Positions 19,455 to 30,487 of a stretch of 64,000 nucleotides of DNA are shown here, in pieces (positions within the stretch are counted from its first letter, which is position 1; the number at the start of each line of letters is the position of its first letter). The stretch covers positions 288,001 to 352,000 of the forward strand of contig JBHLJY010000002.1 in assembly GCA_048887225.1 (NCBI GenBank). The letters are read 5' to 3'. The translations under genes were made by a program, and so were the position numbers. The notes beneath the pieces were generated by a model, which worked only from the letters and a program-made list of their open reading frames with translations, was not told the DNA's origin and did no database searches. The DNA comes from Candidatus Hodarchaeota archaeon. GTDB taxonomy: Archaea; Asgardarchaeota; Lokiarchaeia; Sigyniarchaeales; SOKP01.

Positions 19455-20642
19455 CTAAGCGTTATAAATTTTTAATACTTTCTTAAATACATATCTATGG
19501 ATTTTATAATAAGATTTAGTATAGTTAATTATTGAAGATCTTCCATTTTTACTAAATTTATCTAATAAATTCGCCTGATCAAGTAGGTTTTGAATTGCTT
19601 CAATCAACTTTTTTATATTTCCTGGTGGGATTAAAATACCATTATATTCATTTTTAATAATCTTCTGAGTATCACCAACCGCAGTAGCTATTGAAGCGGT
19701 TCCACAACTCATTGCCTCTATTAATGATGCAGGTGATCCTTCTGTATATGAAGGCAATACAAAGACATCGGCAGAATTATAAATATCTGGAAGATTATCA
19801 TGATGTATCCACCCTAGAAGGTTCACATTTTTAATTTTATATTTATAAAGATAATCTTCAATCCATCCTCTTAAAGAGCCATCTCCAGCCATTATTAACT
19901 CAAGATTTGCATTTTTCTCTAGAAGGATTTTAAAAGCTTTAATGAGTAATTTTACGCCTTTTTCTTTTTCAAATCTTCCAACAAAAAGGATTTTAATTTT
20001 ATTGTTTGAATTACTGGTTGTTTCCGGTTTTTTATCTTTGAATTTCTCTAAATTCACATAATTAGGACTTAAAAATTTATTCTTAATGTTTCTTTTTTCA
20101 GTCAGTTCAAACAATTCTTCGGTTACAGGAAATACAAAATTAGCAGATTTAAGAATAATGATTTCATATAAAACTAATAGTTTTGATAAGAGCAAGGTGA
20201 AAATGTTCTTTTTATATTTAGATAATAAGGCTTTTCTTTCATTACCGCCTAACCATATTAGTAGAGGAATTTTTTCTTTTTTACTATGAAGAAAAGTTGG
20301 AGGGCCTGCTAAAAGTGTATTTTCCATTCTGATAATATCTATTTTGACAACTTTGGACAATTTCTTCAAGAAAACATAAAGTTTCAAATAGTTATTAAAA
20401 AGATTTGCTATTGACTTGAAAGCTGATGGTGATAAGGTAAAAGGTATAGCAATTAAATAACAATTATTATATATTTTCCTATATAAGAAATCTCCAGTCG
20501 TCGAATAACATATAAAAATCATTCTTTTGAATGTTTCTCGCCAAAAAAAAGCTTCAGAAAATCCTTTACCGATTAACACATCAAAATTTTCCTGTCTTAC
20601 TTGACTGATAAATGCAATTGTTGATTTTTTAAGAAAGGCCAT
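19455..20642 (-). CDS. Glycosyltransferase family 4
   Basis: ILFVGRFEKEKG, AGDG, ADVFVLPS, EGSPASLIEAMSCG. Confidence 0.93.
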   Translation of the reverse strand: MAFLKKSTIAFISQVRQENFDVLIGKGFSEAFFWRETFKRMIFICYSTTGDFLYRKIYNNCYLIAIPFTLSPSAFKSIANLFNNYLKLYVFLKKLSKVVKIDIIRMENTLLAGPPTFLHSKKEKIPLLIWLGGNERKALLSKYKKNIFTLLLSKLLVLYEIIILKSANFVFPVTEELFELTEKRNIKNKFLSPNYVNLEKFKDKKPETTSNSNNKIKILFVGRFEKEKGVKLLIKAFKILLEKNANLELIMAGDGSLRGWIEDYLYKYKIKNVNLLGWIHHDNLPDIYNSADVFVLPSYTEGSPASLIEAMSCGTASIATAVGDTQKIIKNEYNGILIPPGNIKKLIEAIQNLLDQANLLDKFSKNGRSSIINYTKSYYKIHRYVFKKVLKIYNA

Positions 20643-20661
20643 AATTCAAACTGATAAATAA

Positions 20662-21900
20662 TTATTTTTTAAGTCTTTCAATACTATCTAAGAATTTTTT
20701 TGCTATGTTTTTTATATTAAACTTCGTATTAAGTAATTCAATCCCTCTTAATCCGTATTCATAATTCATTTCAGGATTTTCTATAAATTTTATTATCTTG
20801 TCGGCTAGATCTTTAGGTTCATCTGATGACAACAATCCAACCTTCTCTTCTGTAATAATTTTTGTCCAACCTCCTATATCATTTGCCACGATTGGAAGTC
20901 CTACTGAAAAATAATCGAAAACTTTTGTAACAAATCCTAATCTTCTTGGCCAGTCATGAGTTGATGTAACAACTCCTACATTACATTCTGACAATAATTC
21001 AAGAAATTCTGAATGTGTCTCTTTCCAGTAAAAATTTATATTCAAATTCTTTTTTTTTGCTAATTTTTTTATCTCCTTTAATTTCTCCCCTTTTTTTGTT
21101 ATGTAAATTTGAGTATCAGGAAACTTCTCAAGAACATATGGTAAACTATTAAGAAATAATTCAATATTGCTTCGTTGAACAATCATTCCCGAATTAATTA
21201 CTTTTGGAGGGGTTCCTCTGTCTTTAGGTCTTTTTAAAATAGGGGCATTTCCAGTATATATAGTTTCTATGTTTAGTTTTTTTGGATCTGAAAACTGTTT
21301 TTTTAAAAAATAATTTAATGCTTCACTAACAGTTATTACAAATTCAGCAGCGGAGATAATTTCCTTAATTCTTTCAGCGAGACGAATATAAATATGGCTG
21401 AACCTTTTGATAACTCTATGTTCAACTAATTCTTCTGGCCAATAACTATGCAAGTCTAAAATTATTGGGCAACCCAATTCGTGCTTTACTTGGGTTAATG
21501 ATAATCCTGCTAATTCTTGAACTCCAATCATATAATCAAGGTGAAATGATTCTCTATTTAATTTGTCAATCAAAGCAGATGCTAATCTCTTATTTAATAA
21601 ATCAAGAGTTATTGGTTGTAGTATAGTATAATGAGACAATAACCGATAATGTAATATCTTTCTTGAAATTAGATATATTTTTTTTTTTATTGTAGCATAA
21701 ATTGGACTTACAATCTTAGAAAAACCTCTTGCGATATTAATAAATTTAACTCTTGGTCCCCAATCTTCATTATACTCATATGGCGTAAAAATAAAGCAAT
21801 TATTTCCATAAATTACTAATCCGTTTATTAAGCTCCTCATTCTATTTATAGATCCTAGACTCTCTCCAGGAGGATGTGTGTACAAAAATCCAAAATTCAA
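20662..21900 (-). CDS. Glycosyltransferase family 4 (divergent, TTG start)
   Basis: VITVSE, TKVFDYFSVGLPIVANDIGG, GT-B C-terminal pattern. Confidence 0.85.
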   Translation of the reverse strand: MNFGFLYTHPPGESLGSINRMRSLINGLVIYGNNCFIFTPYEYNEDWGPRVKFINIARGFSKIVSPIYATIKKKIYLISRKILHYRLLSHYTILQPITLDLLNKRLASALIDKLNRESFHLDYMIGVQELAGLSLTQVKHELGCPIILDLHSYWPEELVEHRVIKRFSHIYIRLAERIKEIISAAEFVITVSEALNYFLKKQFSDPKKLNIETIYTGNAPILKRPKDRGTPPKVINSGMIVQRSNIELFLNSLPYVLEKFPDTQIYITKKGEKLKEIKKLAKKKNLNINFYWKETHSEFLELLSECNVGVVTSTHDWPRRLGFVTKVFDYFSVGLPIVANDIGGWTKIITEEKVGLLSSDEPKDLADKIIKFIENPEMNYEYGLRGIELLNTKFNIKNIAKKFLDSIERLKK

Positions 21901-22010
21901 AAACTTACACCATTAACAGATTATATAATTTATTAAAAAGAAATAATTTTTTTTTGGCTAACGCAATATCTTTAGTTTTGACCTTATAATTAAATAGATA
22001 TTATCTAATT

Positions 22011-23624
22011 TTATTTTCTTCTAACTCCCATTTTAATAATTTTTTTTTCTATTTTTGCTAAAATATGTACGATTTTATTTAAAATTGGAAAATTTTCGAA
22101 ACCACTAATTAAAAAATCAATTTCTGATTCAGATACTAAAGAAAACACTCCTATTAAAATTAAAAATAACCCGAAATATATAAAAAAAGAAATTAACAGA
22201 ATAAAAATATTTATGATATATCCTTGTATAGGGAACTGTGTTATAAATGTATTATAAACAAAGAATATTAATATTCCAGAAATAATTGCTATTAGAAAAA
22301 TAGCCATGATGTTTTTTATATTTCCAAATAATTCTTTTCCATATTTTTTGCGAATAATTATATTTCCATAAAGAACAGCAAAAAGATGGCCAATTACAAA
22401 TCCAAATGTTACTCCAATACTCCCAATATAAGAAATCAAAATCAATGCGAATATTACTCCTGTAATTAAAAAAATGATTTCAAAATAAAGAACAATTTTA
22501 GTTTGTCCTTGTCCATTAAAAAAGGCTGGAATTGATAATAATCCAAAAGAAGTCATTAAAAATATGAGAAAATAAATTGAAATGAATATTGAGGCATCTT
22601 TATATATTTCACCATATATAATTGGAAGAATTTTGTCTGAAAATAATATAACGAAGATTGTAACGGGTATTATTAAAAATGTTCCATATTTAATAGAAAA
22701 TTGAAAATAATTTACTAGAACATCTTTCTCCTCTTCGTTCTCCCAAGACAATTTAGAAAATATTGGAAAAAGAGTAAATGATAGTGATTTTGTAAGAATG
22801 CTTACAATAGCCGCGCTCACGATTGCAACATTATAATAACTAACTTCATTTGAAAAACCATAAATACTTAATATTAAAATAAAGATTTGGCTCTGAATGC
22901 CGGCAATAATCGAAAATAATAAAAGTGGATGGCCGTAATTTACCATATCTTTGAATTCACTCCATTTTATGCTACCCTTTTCTCTTTTACCTTTTTTGAA
23001 ACTAATTTTTAAAAAAATTAGATACATTATAATGACAATTAAAGATGATAGAACAATACCAAGTATAGGACCAAGTAAAGTAAAGCCTAAGAGAATTAAT
23101 GAAACTGAAAGAATTGACCTTAAAGATGTGAGGAGTATTGTTCCTATTTGAACATATCGTACCTTTTGAGCACCTAAAAAGCACGCGTTAAATGCGTTAT
23201 ATAATATATTTGAAAAAATAGCTATTGATGAAATTTGTATTAAGAGATGGATTCTCTCATCGCTAACATTATAAATGTATTTAGCAATAAAAACAGAAAA
23301 GTAGGCAACCGAAAAAGTAAAAATTAAACCAATTATAGTTTTCACGATGAGGTTTATATTTATAACATTTCTCACTCCTTGCATATCATTTTCTTTTATT
23401 TTTTTCGCAATAAAATTAGTACTGGCATAATTTAATCCAAGTTCTCCAAATGGAATTAAAATACTTGGAAGAATATAAGCAATATTTATGAGACTATATT
23501 CTTCAACAGAAATCAATCTAATCACAATTACTGTTCCTATAGTTGACATTATCGAGGAAATGAGATATCCTACAATAAGGATATATGAATTCTGAACAAA
23601 ATTATCAGATTTTTCTAGCTCCAT
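22011..23624 (-). CDS. Oligosaccharide flippase (Wzx/MOP family)
   Basis: FVQNS, FGELGLNYA, YGHPL, VSYYNVA, LFPIFS; about 14 TM. Confidence 0.88.
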   Translation of the reverse strand: MELEKSDNFVQNSYILIVGYLISSIMSTIGTVIVIRLISVEEYSLINIAYILPSILIPFGELGLNYASTNFIAKKIKENDMQGVRNVININLIVKTIIGLIFTFSVAYFSVFIAKYIYNVSDERIHLLIQISSIAIFSNILYNAFNACFLGAQKVRYVQIGTILLTSLRSILSVSLILLGFTLLGPILGIVLSSLIVIIMYLIFLKISFKKGKREKGSIKWSEFKDMVNYGHPLLLFSIIAGIQSQIFILILSIYGFSNEVSYYNVAIVSAAIVSILTKSLSFTLFPIFSKLSWENEEEKDVLVNYFQFSIKYGTFLIIPVTIFVILFSDKILPIIYGEIYKDASIFISIYFLIFLMTSFGLLSIPAFFNGQGQTKIVLYFEIIFLITGVIFALILISYIGSIGVTFGFVIGHLFAVLYGNIIIRKKYGKELFGNIKNIMAIFLIAIISGILIFFVYNTFITQFPIQGYIINIFILLISFFIYFGLFLILIGVFSLVSESEIDFLISGFENFPILNKIVHILAKIEKKIIKMGVRRK

Positions 23625-23853
23625 TTTAATATCAAAATTATTTTAAACTTTAAAACTTTAAGATTTAAACAATAGAGTTATATTTTAACTAAATGGAAGG
23701 ATGTATCATATTTTTTTTAAAAAATATATCTTTTTTATTTATTAATGGATGTTCTATCTTATGAAAGGATTTAATTGACTAAACAATAAATTAAGTTCTT
23801 TGTTTTAAGATAAGATCTAAAAAATAGTAGGAAAAAGGAGGATTTGGTTTCGA

Positions 23854-25155
23854 TTGAGAATTTTACATACAGTAAGAGCATATCCGGGAGATACTGGTTC
23901 AGAAGTTTTTTTCTTTCAATTATCAAATGAAATGATAAAGAAAGGGCATAAAATTACAATAATGACTAGTGATTTAATGAAATGGCAATTAAGAAGCATA
24001 TTTGATTATTACTCGAATCTTAATATTGTTGAAAACAATATAAGAATTAAGAGAATTCCTTATACAATATTAAGATTTATTTTTTCTCTATTTAAGTATA
24101 AGACTAATAAAAAAATCATCTTAAATTTCTTTGATTTGATTTTCTTCTCAATTGAATATTGTTTTATTAAACTTATAAGATTTATATTTAAAGTGAGAAG
24201 AAAATACCTATTGTGGGGTTTATTTCAAGATAATTTAGGTTGGAAAATATTATATGCCTTAAGAAACGAGAATTACGATTTAATACATACGACATGTGTC
24301 CCTAGATCTGTAATAATAGCCTCGTTAATTGCTGCAAAAAAAAATAAAATCCCTATTATGATAACTCCATTTTATCATTATAAAGAAAAAAGATTTTATA
24401 TATATGATAATTTATGGATGTCAATTTTAAATAAGTTTGATTGTATAAATGTCTGCACTGATGCAGAGCGGAATTATCTAATAAACCACGGAATAGATAA
24501 AAAAAAAATAGTTAAAATTGGAGTTGGAATATATTATAAATTAAAAAATCATGAAAATTATGTTGATTGGAGAAAGAAGCTTAATATTTCTAAGGAAAAA
24601 TTCGTTGCGTTATTTATGAGCCCTCAAGTATATAACCCTGAAAAAGGTGTCTTACAAGTTATAGCCGCTGCGTTAAAATTACCCCAAATAGAATTTATTT
24701 TTACTGGAAAAGATAAAAATAGTTGGAACTTTATGATCTCTCGTCATTTCCCTAATGAAAAATTAGATAATTGTCACTATGTTGGTTTTGTATCTGAGGA
24801 CGATAAGAACTTGTTATTAAATACAGTCGATTTGATTGTACGTCCAAGTATTAATGAATCCTTTGGTATTTTTTATTTTGAAGGGATGCGGAACGGTAAA
24901 CCTATAATTACATCAGATATAGATTCTATGAAAGAAATATCTAGCGGAGTTGGTATAGCGGTAGAGCATGGAAATGTTGAAGACTTAATTAGGGCGATAG
25001 AAAGACTCCAATCAGATAAAGAACTATATAGAAGGCTTTCGAAAAATGCATTAGAAAAAAGTAAAGCATTCAGTTGGGAAGAGATTTCAGAACGATTTAA
25101 TCAGATTTATTACTCTTTAGCAAATTTAAATAACACAAAAACAGAATTTGAATAA
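23854..25155 (+). CDS. Glycosyltransferase family 4
   Basis: MRILH..YP, TPFYH, EKG, PSINESFGIFYFEGM; AGGAGG lies upstream of the TTG start. Confidence 0.9.
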   Translation: MRILHTVRAYPGDTGSEVFFFQLSNEMIKKGHKITIMTSDLMKWQLRSIFDYYSNLNIVENNIRIKRIPYTILRFIFSLFKYKTNKKIILNFFDLIFFSIEYCFIKLIRFIFKVRRKYLLWGLFQDNLGWKILYALRNENYDLIHTTCVPRSVIIASLIAAKKNKIPIMITPFYHYKEKRFYIYDNLWMSILNKFDCINVCTDAERNYLINHGIDKKKIVKIGVGIYYKLKNHENYVDWRKKLNISKEKFVALFMSPQVYNPEKGVLQVIAAALKLPQIEFIFTGKDKNSWNFMISRHFPNEKLDNCHYVGFVSEDDKNLLLNTVDLIVRPSINESFGIFYFEGMRNGKPIITSDIDSMKEISSGVGIAVEHGNVEDLIRAIERLQSDKELYRRLSKNALEKSKAFSWEEISERFNQIYYSLANLNNTKTEFE

Positions 25156-25233
25156 ATACAGAATTTTTATTGTTATTCACCCTTAATTATAAAAAATTTT
25201 TAATCTACAATGATTAAAATTTAATGAACAAGC

Positions 25234-26352
25234 ATGACCCCTATGAAGTTAAAAAAAATCTTATATTGGTGTTGTTACGCTGATAATCTTAATAGGAATA
25301 AAATTTTCATAAATGGTTTAAAATATAATGGTGTTGATCTGTATGAATACAATATAAATTCACATAGTCTCTTAATTAATATCTATGCTTTTATAAAAAA
25401 TTTTAAAAAAATCTTATTGGGTCATAAATATGACGCAATTTTATTTCATTCAGAAGCTTTTATCCAATTCATTTTAGCTAAATTCTTTTCTATTTTAAGC
25501 AACGTTCCGTTAATTCATGATATTTACATATCTAAACTTCAAACAATTTATTATGACCGTCAATTGTATACTAGAAAAAAAATCCCGAAATTGTTATTAA
25601 AAATAATACTATACGCTATAGATTTGATTGAATGTATATTTGCTGATTTAATTATCTTAGATACAAACACTCATATTAAATATTTTTCTAAAAAGTTTAA
25701 AATACCCATAGGGAAATTTAGAAGGATCTTTGTGGGCTCTCAGGACGATGTCTTTTATCCAATTGACACAAACAAGAAAATTAGTGATAAGTTTGTTGTA
25801 GGTTTTATTGGAACCTATATACCTCTTCAAGGGATAGAATATATTATAAAAGCGGCCAAACTTTTAGAGAAGGAGAATGAAATTAATTTTCATTTAATAG
25901 GAGATGGACAAACATATATAAAGAATCGAGAACTTGTTAAAGAATTGAAGGTAAAAAACATTAAGTTCATTAATTCTGTCCCTTTAAATGAAGTGCCAAA
26001 GTTTATTTCAAATTTTGATGTAGGTTTAGGTATTTTTGGAAAAACCGATAAAACAATTCAGGTAATTCCTAATAAAATTTTTGATGGCATCGCCATGAAA
26101 ATACCAATGATAACATGTGATAGTCCTGCGATTAGAGAATTATTTACCGATAATGAAAATATAATTTTGTGTGAACGAGCAAATCCAGAATCTTTAGCTA
26201 CAGCAATTCTAAAACTTAAAAAAGATAGGATTTTATTAAAAAAAATCGCTTTAAACGGATACAATTTGTTTCAAAAATTCTGTACAATTAACGCAATTGG
26301 TAAGAGTCTATTTAATACTTTAAATAATTTCCTAAGAGAACAAAAAAAATAA
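25234..26352 (+). CDS. Glycosyltransferase family 4
   Basis: GTYIPLQGIE, IGDGQ, LGIFG, IPNKIFDGIAM. Confidence 0.9.
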   Translation: MTPMKLKKILYWCCYADNLNRNKIFINGLKYNGVDLYEYNINSHSLLINIYAFIKNFKKILLGHKYDAILFHSEAFIQFILAKFFSILSNVPLIHDIYISKLQTIYYDRQLYTRKKIPKLLLKIILYAIDLIECIFADLIILDTNTHIKYFSKKFKIPIGKFRRIFVGSQDDVFYPIDTNKKISDKFVVGFIGTYIPLQGIEYIIKAAKLLEKENEINFHLIGDGQTYIKNRELVKELKVKNIKFINSVPLNEVPKFISNFDVGLGIFGKTDKTIQVIPNKIFDGIAMKIPMITCDSPAIRELFTDNENIILCERANPESLATAILKLKKDRILLKKIALNGYNLFQKFCTINAIGKSLFNTLNNFLREQKK

Positions 26353-26355
26353 TTG

Positions 26356-27732
26356 CTATTGATGAATGTTCTTATTTGAAAGATAAATATCAGATTTACT
26401 TTTCTTACTAAATTTTAATTGCCTATAAAGAAGAAATATACAAAAACCAAGAATTATAACGAAAATCAAATAAGTTAAGGTAATATCTTTCATATATGGA
26501 TAATTATATTTATCACTATTGGGAATTATATAAATCCCTAATACAGAAAGTAATCCAATTAGAATTATTTTATTTTTCTTTATAAAATCAGTAAAAAATA
26601 TATCTTTTTCAAGATATGGGACAAAGAGTAGACAAATTAAAGGAAATAAGATGAGACCTATTCTATAAGAAACATAATTTAGAAAAACAATGGACAGACT
26701 TAAAATCCCAAACTTCTCCTCCAATTTAAGTTTCCTATATATTATTAAAATCACTACAATTCCATATAAAATGAAGTTTAGTATACTGGAAATAATAGCT
26801 TTGCTATTATTTGATAATGAATCGAAATAATAATCATTAAAGAATTGTAAATAAAAATAGTTTAATCCCATATCAACTCTCCTGATATCTCTTTGCACAA
26901 CTTCATAATAATCAAAAATTAATTCAGGATATATTATAAATAAGAAATTCTGAATGAGAAATGAAATTATTATTATTGAATATTTCTTTAGATTTACTCT
27001 TTCAAATAATTCTTTTAATGAAATATCTTGAAATATATAAATAAGAAAGAAAAAAAGAAAATAAGGAAACATTCCAACTGCAAAAATAAAAAGATTATAG
27101 TTTATTAAATAGTATTTTGTGTCTTTTTTTATTTGACCTAATCTAAATTGGATTTCTTGTCTTAAAATGAATAAAAGGATTACACCTATTAAATATTTTA
27201 CTTGGTTATTAGCGTATAATTGTAAAACAAGCCATCCATTTGAAACTACAATAAGAAATAAAAACCTATGTAATCTTTCTTTTAGATTTAATAAATAAAG
27301 TATTCTATTAAATAGCAGAGTAAAAACTAATCCTAAAAAGATATTAATGATAAAAAAAATCTGGTAGGCAAGCAACATTGTAGGTATCAAGTAAAGTGGA
27401 ACACCTACAATTACAGCAAAATTGGGGAAATATTTATAGCCATATCTACGACCATTATAGATATTGTGTTTATATAATTCAGAAGGATTATTTATTACTC
27501 TTTCTCCGCAAGTATAATAGTTTGTAAAATCATAAACAGGATAATTTAAAAGAAAATTTCCATTAATTACAAAATATGCTGCCCAACATAAAATACAGTA
27601 AAGGGGAATTATTATATAAAGATGTGCTTTGAAATTTTCAAATTTTTTTTTAGAAACAAAAAAAAATGCTATGTAAACAAGAAGAAAAATGCCGATGCAT
27701 GCTAAAAAGAAAGCTAAAAAGGCTAAAGTCAT
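26356..27732 (-). CDS. GT87/DUF2029-like polyprenol-P-sugar-dependent membrane glycosyltransferase
   Basis: Loop YDFTNYY...LY...YKYFPNFA, NNQV, many TMs. Confidence 0.6.
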   Translation of the reverse strand: MTLAFLAFFLACIGIFLLVYIAFFFVSKKKFENFKAHLYIIIPLYCILCWAAYFVINGNFLLNYPVYDFTNYYTCGERVINNPSELYKHNIYNGRRYGYKYFPNFAVIVGVPLYLIPTMLLAYQIFFIINIFLGLVFTLLFNRILYLLNLKERLHRFLFLIVVSNGWLVLQLYANNQVKYLIGVILLFILRQEIQFRLGQIKKDTKYYLINYNLFIFAVGMFPYFLFFFLIYIFQDISLKELFERVNLKKYSIIIISFLIQNFLFIIYPELIFDYYEVVQRDIRRVDMGLNYFYLQFFNDYYFDSLSNNSKAIISSILNFILYGIVVILIIYRKLKLEEKFGILSLSIVFLNYVSYRIGLILFPLICLLFVPYLEKDIFFTDFIKKNKIILIGLLSVLGIYIIPNSDKYNYPYMKDITLTYLIFVIILGFCIFLLYRQLKFSKKSKSDIYLSNKNIHQ

Positions 27733-27848
27733 TTTATTACATTGTTTTTATACAGTTAATTATTATTTAAATTAATTAAGAACTAAAAATGTTAGTAACC
27801 TAAATTAGAAATGAGTTCTCATGTTTATTAAATTTATATCTGTTTATA

Positions 27849-29558
27849 ATGGGTAAATTGAAGAAAATAATATACGAAAACTGGGAGCTTCTCGGAAGCT
27901 TAGCAATATTTTGGTCCACAATGATACTTATGCTGAGTTATTCTATCCTTTATTTAAATGAAGGGCATCTTGTTTATTCTTTAGATGATGCTTATATTCA
28001 TATGGCAATGGCAAAAAATTTCTCACAAAAAGGAGTTTGGGGTATAACTGATGCGGGATTTTCATCAACATCATCATCGATTTTATATACATTATTACTG
28101 ACATTAATCTTTTTATTTGGACCAAATGAGGTCGCACCTCTTATAATTAATCTTGCTTGTGCCTCACTACTCATTTGGTTTGTTTATTATGTCTTAAAAA
28201 CAAAATATAATTTTCCAGATTATGGTGTATTTGTTTGTTTATTATTGATTATTTTCTTTATACCCTTACCATTTTTAATATTTACAGGAATGGAACACAC
28301 AATACAGATCTTTATTGATATAATTTTTATTTATCTAGCAGTAAATATACTTTGCGACGAAAAAATTTTGGAAAAAAGAATATTTTCTTCAAATGAAGTA
28401 GAGAAATTATTCTCAATTCAAGATAAATTATTTTTGATTGCCACACCTCTAGTTACATTGGTAAGATTTGAAGGGATGTTTCTAATAGTGGTAATTTCTG
28501 CTTTATTTTTAATACGTAAGAAATATATTTATGCATTAATCATAACAGGACTTGGTTTTCTCCCAATAATTATTTTTGGTCTAATTTCTATGAATTTTGG
28601 ATGGTATTTCTTCCCAAATTCAGTGATTTTAAAAGGAGAATCCATTGATTTCTTTTCAATTAATGGAATTTCAGAAATTCTCTTAACATTCATAGATGAT
28701 ATCTCTGATAATTTGCATATTACTGTTCTGCTTATTAGTGCTGTAATTATATTCATTTTTTATTATTTTAAAGAAAAAAAAATATGGAAGGAATCTTCTG
28801 TTATAGCTGTCATTTTCATTTTTGTAACTCTTTTGCATTTAATTTTAATCGGTGCCACCATAGAAAACCAAAATCTTTCTAGGTATGATGGGTATTTAGT
28901 TGCTCTTGGAATTTTGGTTTTATTTTTATCAGTAAAAGATAAATTACCACAAAAATTAGCTCGAAGTCATTTAAATGTTTATTTCGCTAAGATTAAAGAA
29001 AATTATAGACGTAATCTTGTACCATTAGTGGGTGGTAGTTTGGTGCTTTTTTTTCTTTTCTTCTCTTTTGTTCCAAGAAGTTATACACTTATTAAAGATT
29101 CACCTCAAGCATCAAATAATATTTATGAACAGCCATACCATATAGGATTATTTCTTGATAAATATTATGACGGAGAATGTGTTGCCGCAAATGATATAGG
29201 GGCAATAAATTTCCATGCTGATATTGAATGTTTGGACTTAAGAGGATTGGGAACCCTAAGTGTTGCCAAAGCAAGATTAGATAATAAAATGGGAACTAGG
29301 TTTGTTTCTAAAGAAGTAGAAAAAAGGGATTGTAAGATTGCTGTAATTTTTGAAGATAAAGATTACGGGTATGGAATTCCAGATGAGTGGATTAAAGCGG
29401 GGGAATGGGAAGTTAAAAATGATGTAGTATTAGGCGATGATACTATATCTTTTTGGGCAGTTGATCCTAGTGAATATGACGATCTAATTGAAAATCTTAA
29501 AGATTTCGAGGATAAACTTCCCGATACTGTTATTCAATCAGGAAATTATACACTTTGA
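27849..29558 (+). CDS. AftB/GT89-like GT-C membrane glycosyltransferase
   Basis: LDDAYI..AKN, SSS, TGME, VRFEG, FPNSVILK, DIGAINF...LDLRGL in the order I recall for AftB-like proteins. Confidence 0.7.
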   Translation: MGKLKKIIYENWELLGSLAIFWSTMILMLSYSILYLNEGHLVYSLDDAYIHMAMAKNFSQKGVWGITDAGFSSTSSSILYTLLLTLIFLFGPNEVAPLIINLACASLLIWFVYYVLKTKYNFPDYGVFVCLLLIIFFIPLPFLIFTGMEHTIQIFIDIIFIYLAVNILCDEKILEKRIFSSNEVEKLFSIQDKLFLIATPLVTLVRFEGMFLIVVISALFLIRKKYIYALIITGLGFLPIIIFGLISMNFGWYFFPNSVILKGESIDFFSINGISEILLTFIDDISDNLHITVLLISAVIIFIFYYFKEKKIWKESSVIAVIFIFVTLLHLILIGATIENQNLSRYDGYLVALGILVLFLSVKDKLPQKLARSHLNVYFAKIKENYRRNLVPLVGGSLVLFFLFFSFVPRSYTLIKDSPQASNNIYEQPYHIGLFLDKYYDGECVAANDIGAINFHADIECLDLRGLGTLSVAKARLDNKMGTRFVSKEVEKRDCKIAVIFEDKDYGYGIPDEWIKAGEWEVKNDVVLGDDTISFWAVDPSEYDDLIENLKDFEDKLPDTVIQSGNYTL

Positions 29559-29594
29559 GGTACTTGATTTAAGTTCAGCATAGTAAATATCTTT

Positions 29595-30314
29595 TTATGA
29601 TTTTACAATTATTTTTCCACGCAATCTGATTTTTATTATTGCTATTAAGACTTTTATCAGTTTTTTAAGATTTAGTTTCGATTTGCCACCTGCGCGTTCA
29701 TAGTATATAATCGGAATCTCCATTATTTTAGCATTGGGTTGCAAAATACAACCGTATAAAAGTTCTTCAACGATTTCAGGATTAATTGATACAAATTTAT
29801 CAAAATCAAGTTTTTGTAATACCTCTCTTTTAAAGGCTCTATACCCACTAGTACAATCTTTAATTTTTGTACCTAATATGATTCTAATGATTAGATTAGC
29901 CATGAGAGATAATGAACTTCTAACTTTTTTACGTCCTTTTTCGATTCCATCTACAACCATCCTTGAACCTATAACTACGTCATAATTTTGCAAATATTTT
30001 AGTAATTCAGGAATATATTTTGGATGATGCGAAAAATCGGCGTCTAATTCAACAAATATATCATTATCAGATTGAATGAAATATTTCAAACCTACAATAC
30101 CAGCTAATCCTCGCCCTTTTTTACCGGTCCTTCTAATTAAAGTCAAGTTTTTGTATTGATTTCGCAACTCATTGATTATTTCCAAAGTTCCATCTATACT
30201 ATCATCATCAACAACTAATATTTCTTTATTAAAATTTAATTTATTTATTGTTTCGATGATTCTACTTATATTCTCTTTTTCATTATAGGTCGGCAAAAAA
30301 ACTAATACTTTCAT
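29595..30314 (-). CDS. Polyprenol-phosphate-sugar (mannose-type) synthase, GT2 Dpm1/Ppm1-like
   Basis: PTYNEKENI, VDDDSIDGT, LDADFSHHP, VIGSR, DCTSGYRAF, ERAGGKSK. Confidence 0.9.
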   Translation of the reverse strand: MKVLVFLPTYNEKENISRIIETINKLNFNKEILVVDDDSIDGTLEIINELRNQYKNLTLIRRTGKKGRGLAGIVGLKYFIQSDNDIFVELDADFSHHPKYIPELLKYLQNYDVVIGSRMVVDGIEKGRKKVRSSLSLMANLIIRIILGTKIKDCTSGYRAFKREVLQKLDFDKFVSINPEIVEELLYGCILQPNAKIMEIPIIYYERAGGKSKLNLKKLIKVLIAIIKIRLRGKIIVKS

Positions 30315-30487
30315 AAATTATTAAAAGGCTATCTAACTAAAAATAGAATTATTTTATTTAAACTAATGAGTGTTCTTTATTTATTCGTTTAATTAATTAT
30401 CTCTTAAAAGACTTATTGGGTTTTAATGATTAAATTTATATAGGATTATATATCTAATTGATTAAATTAACTGAATGAATATAAATA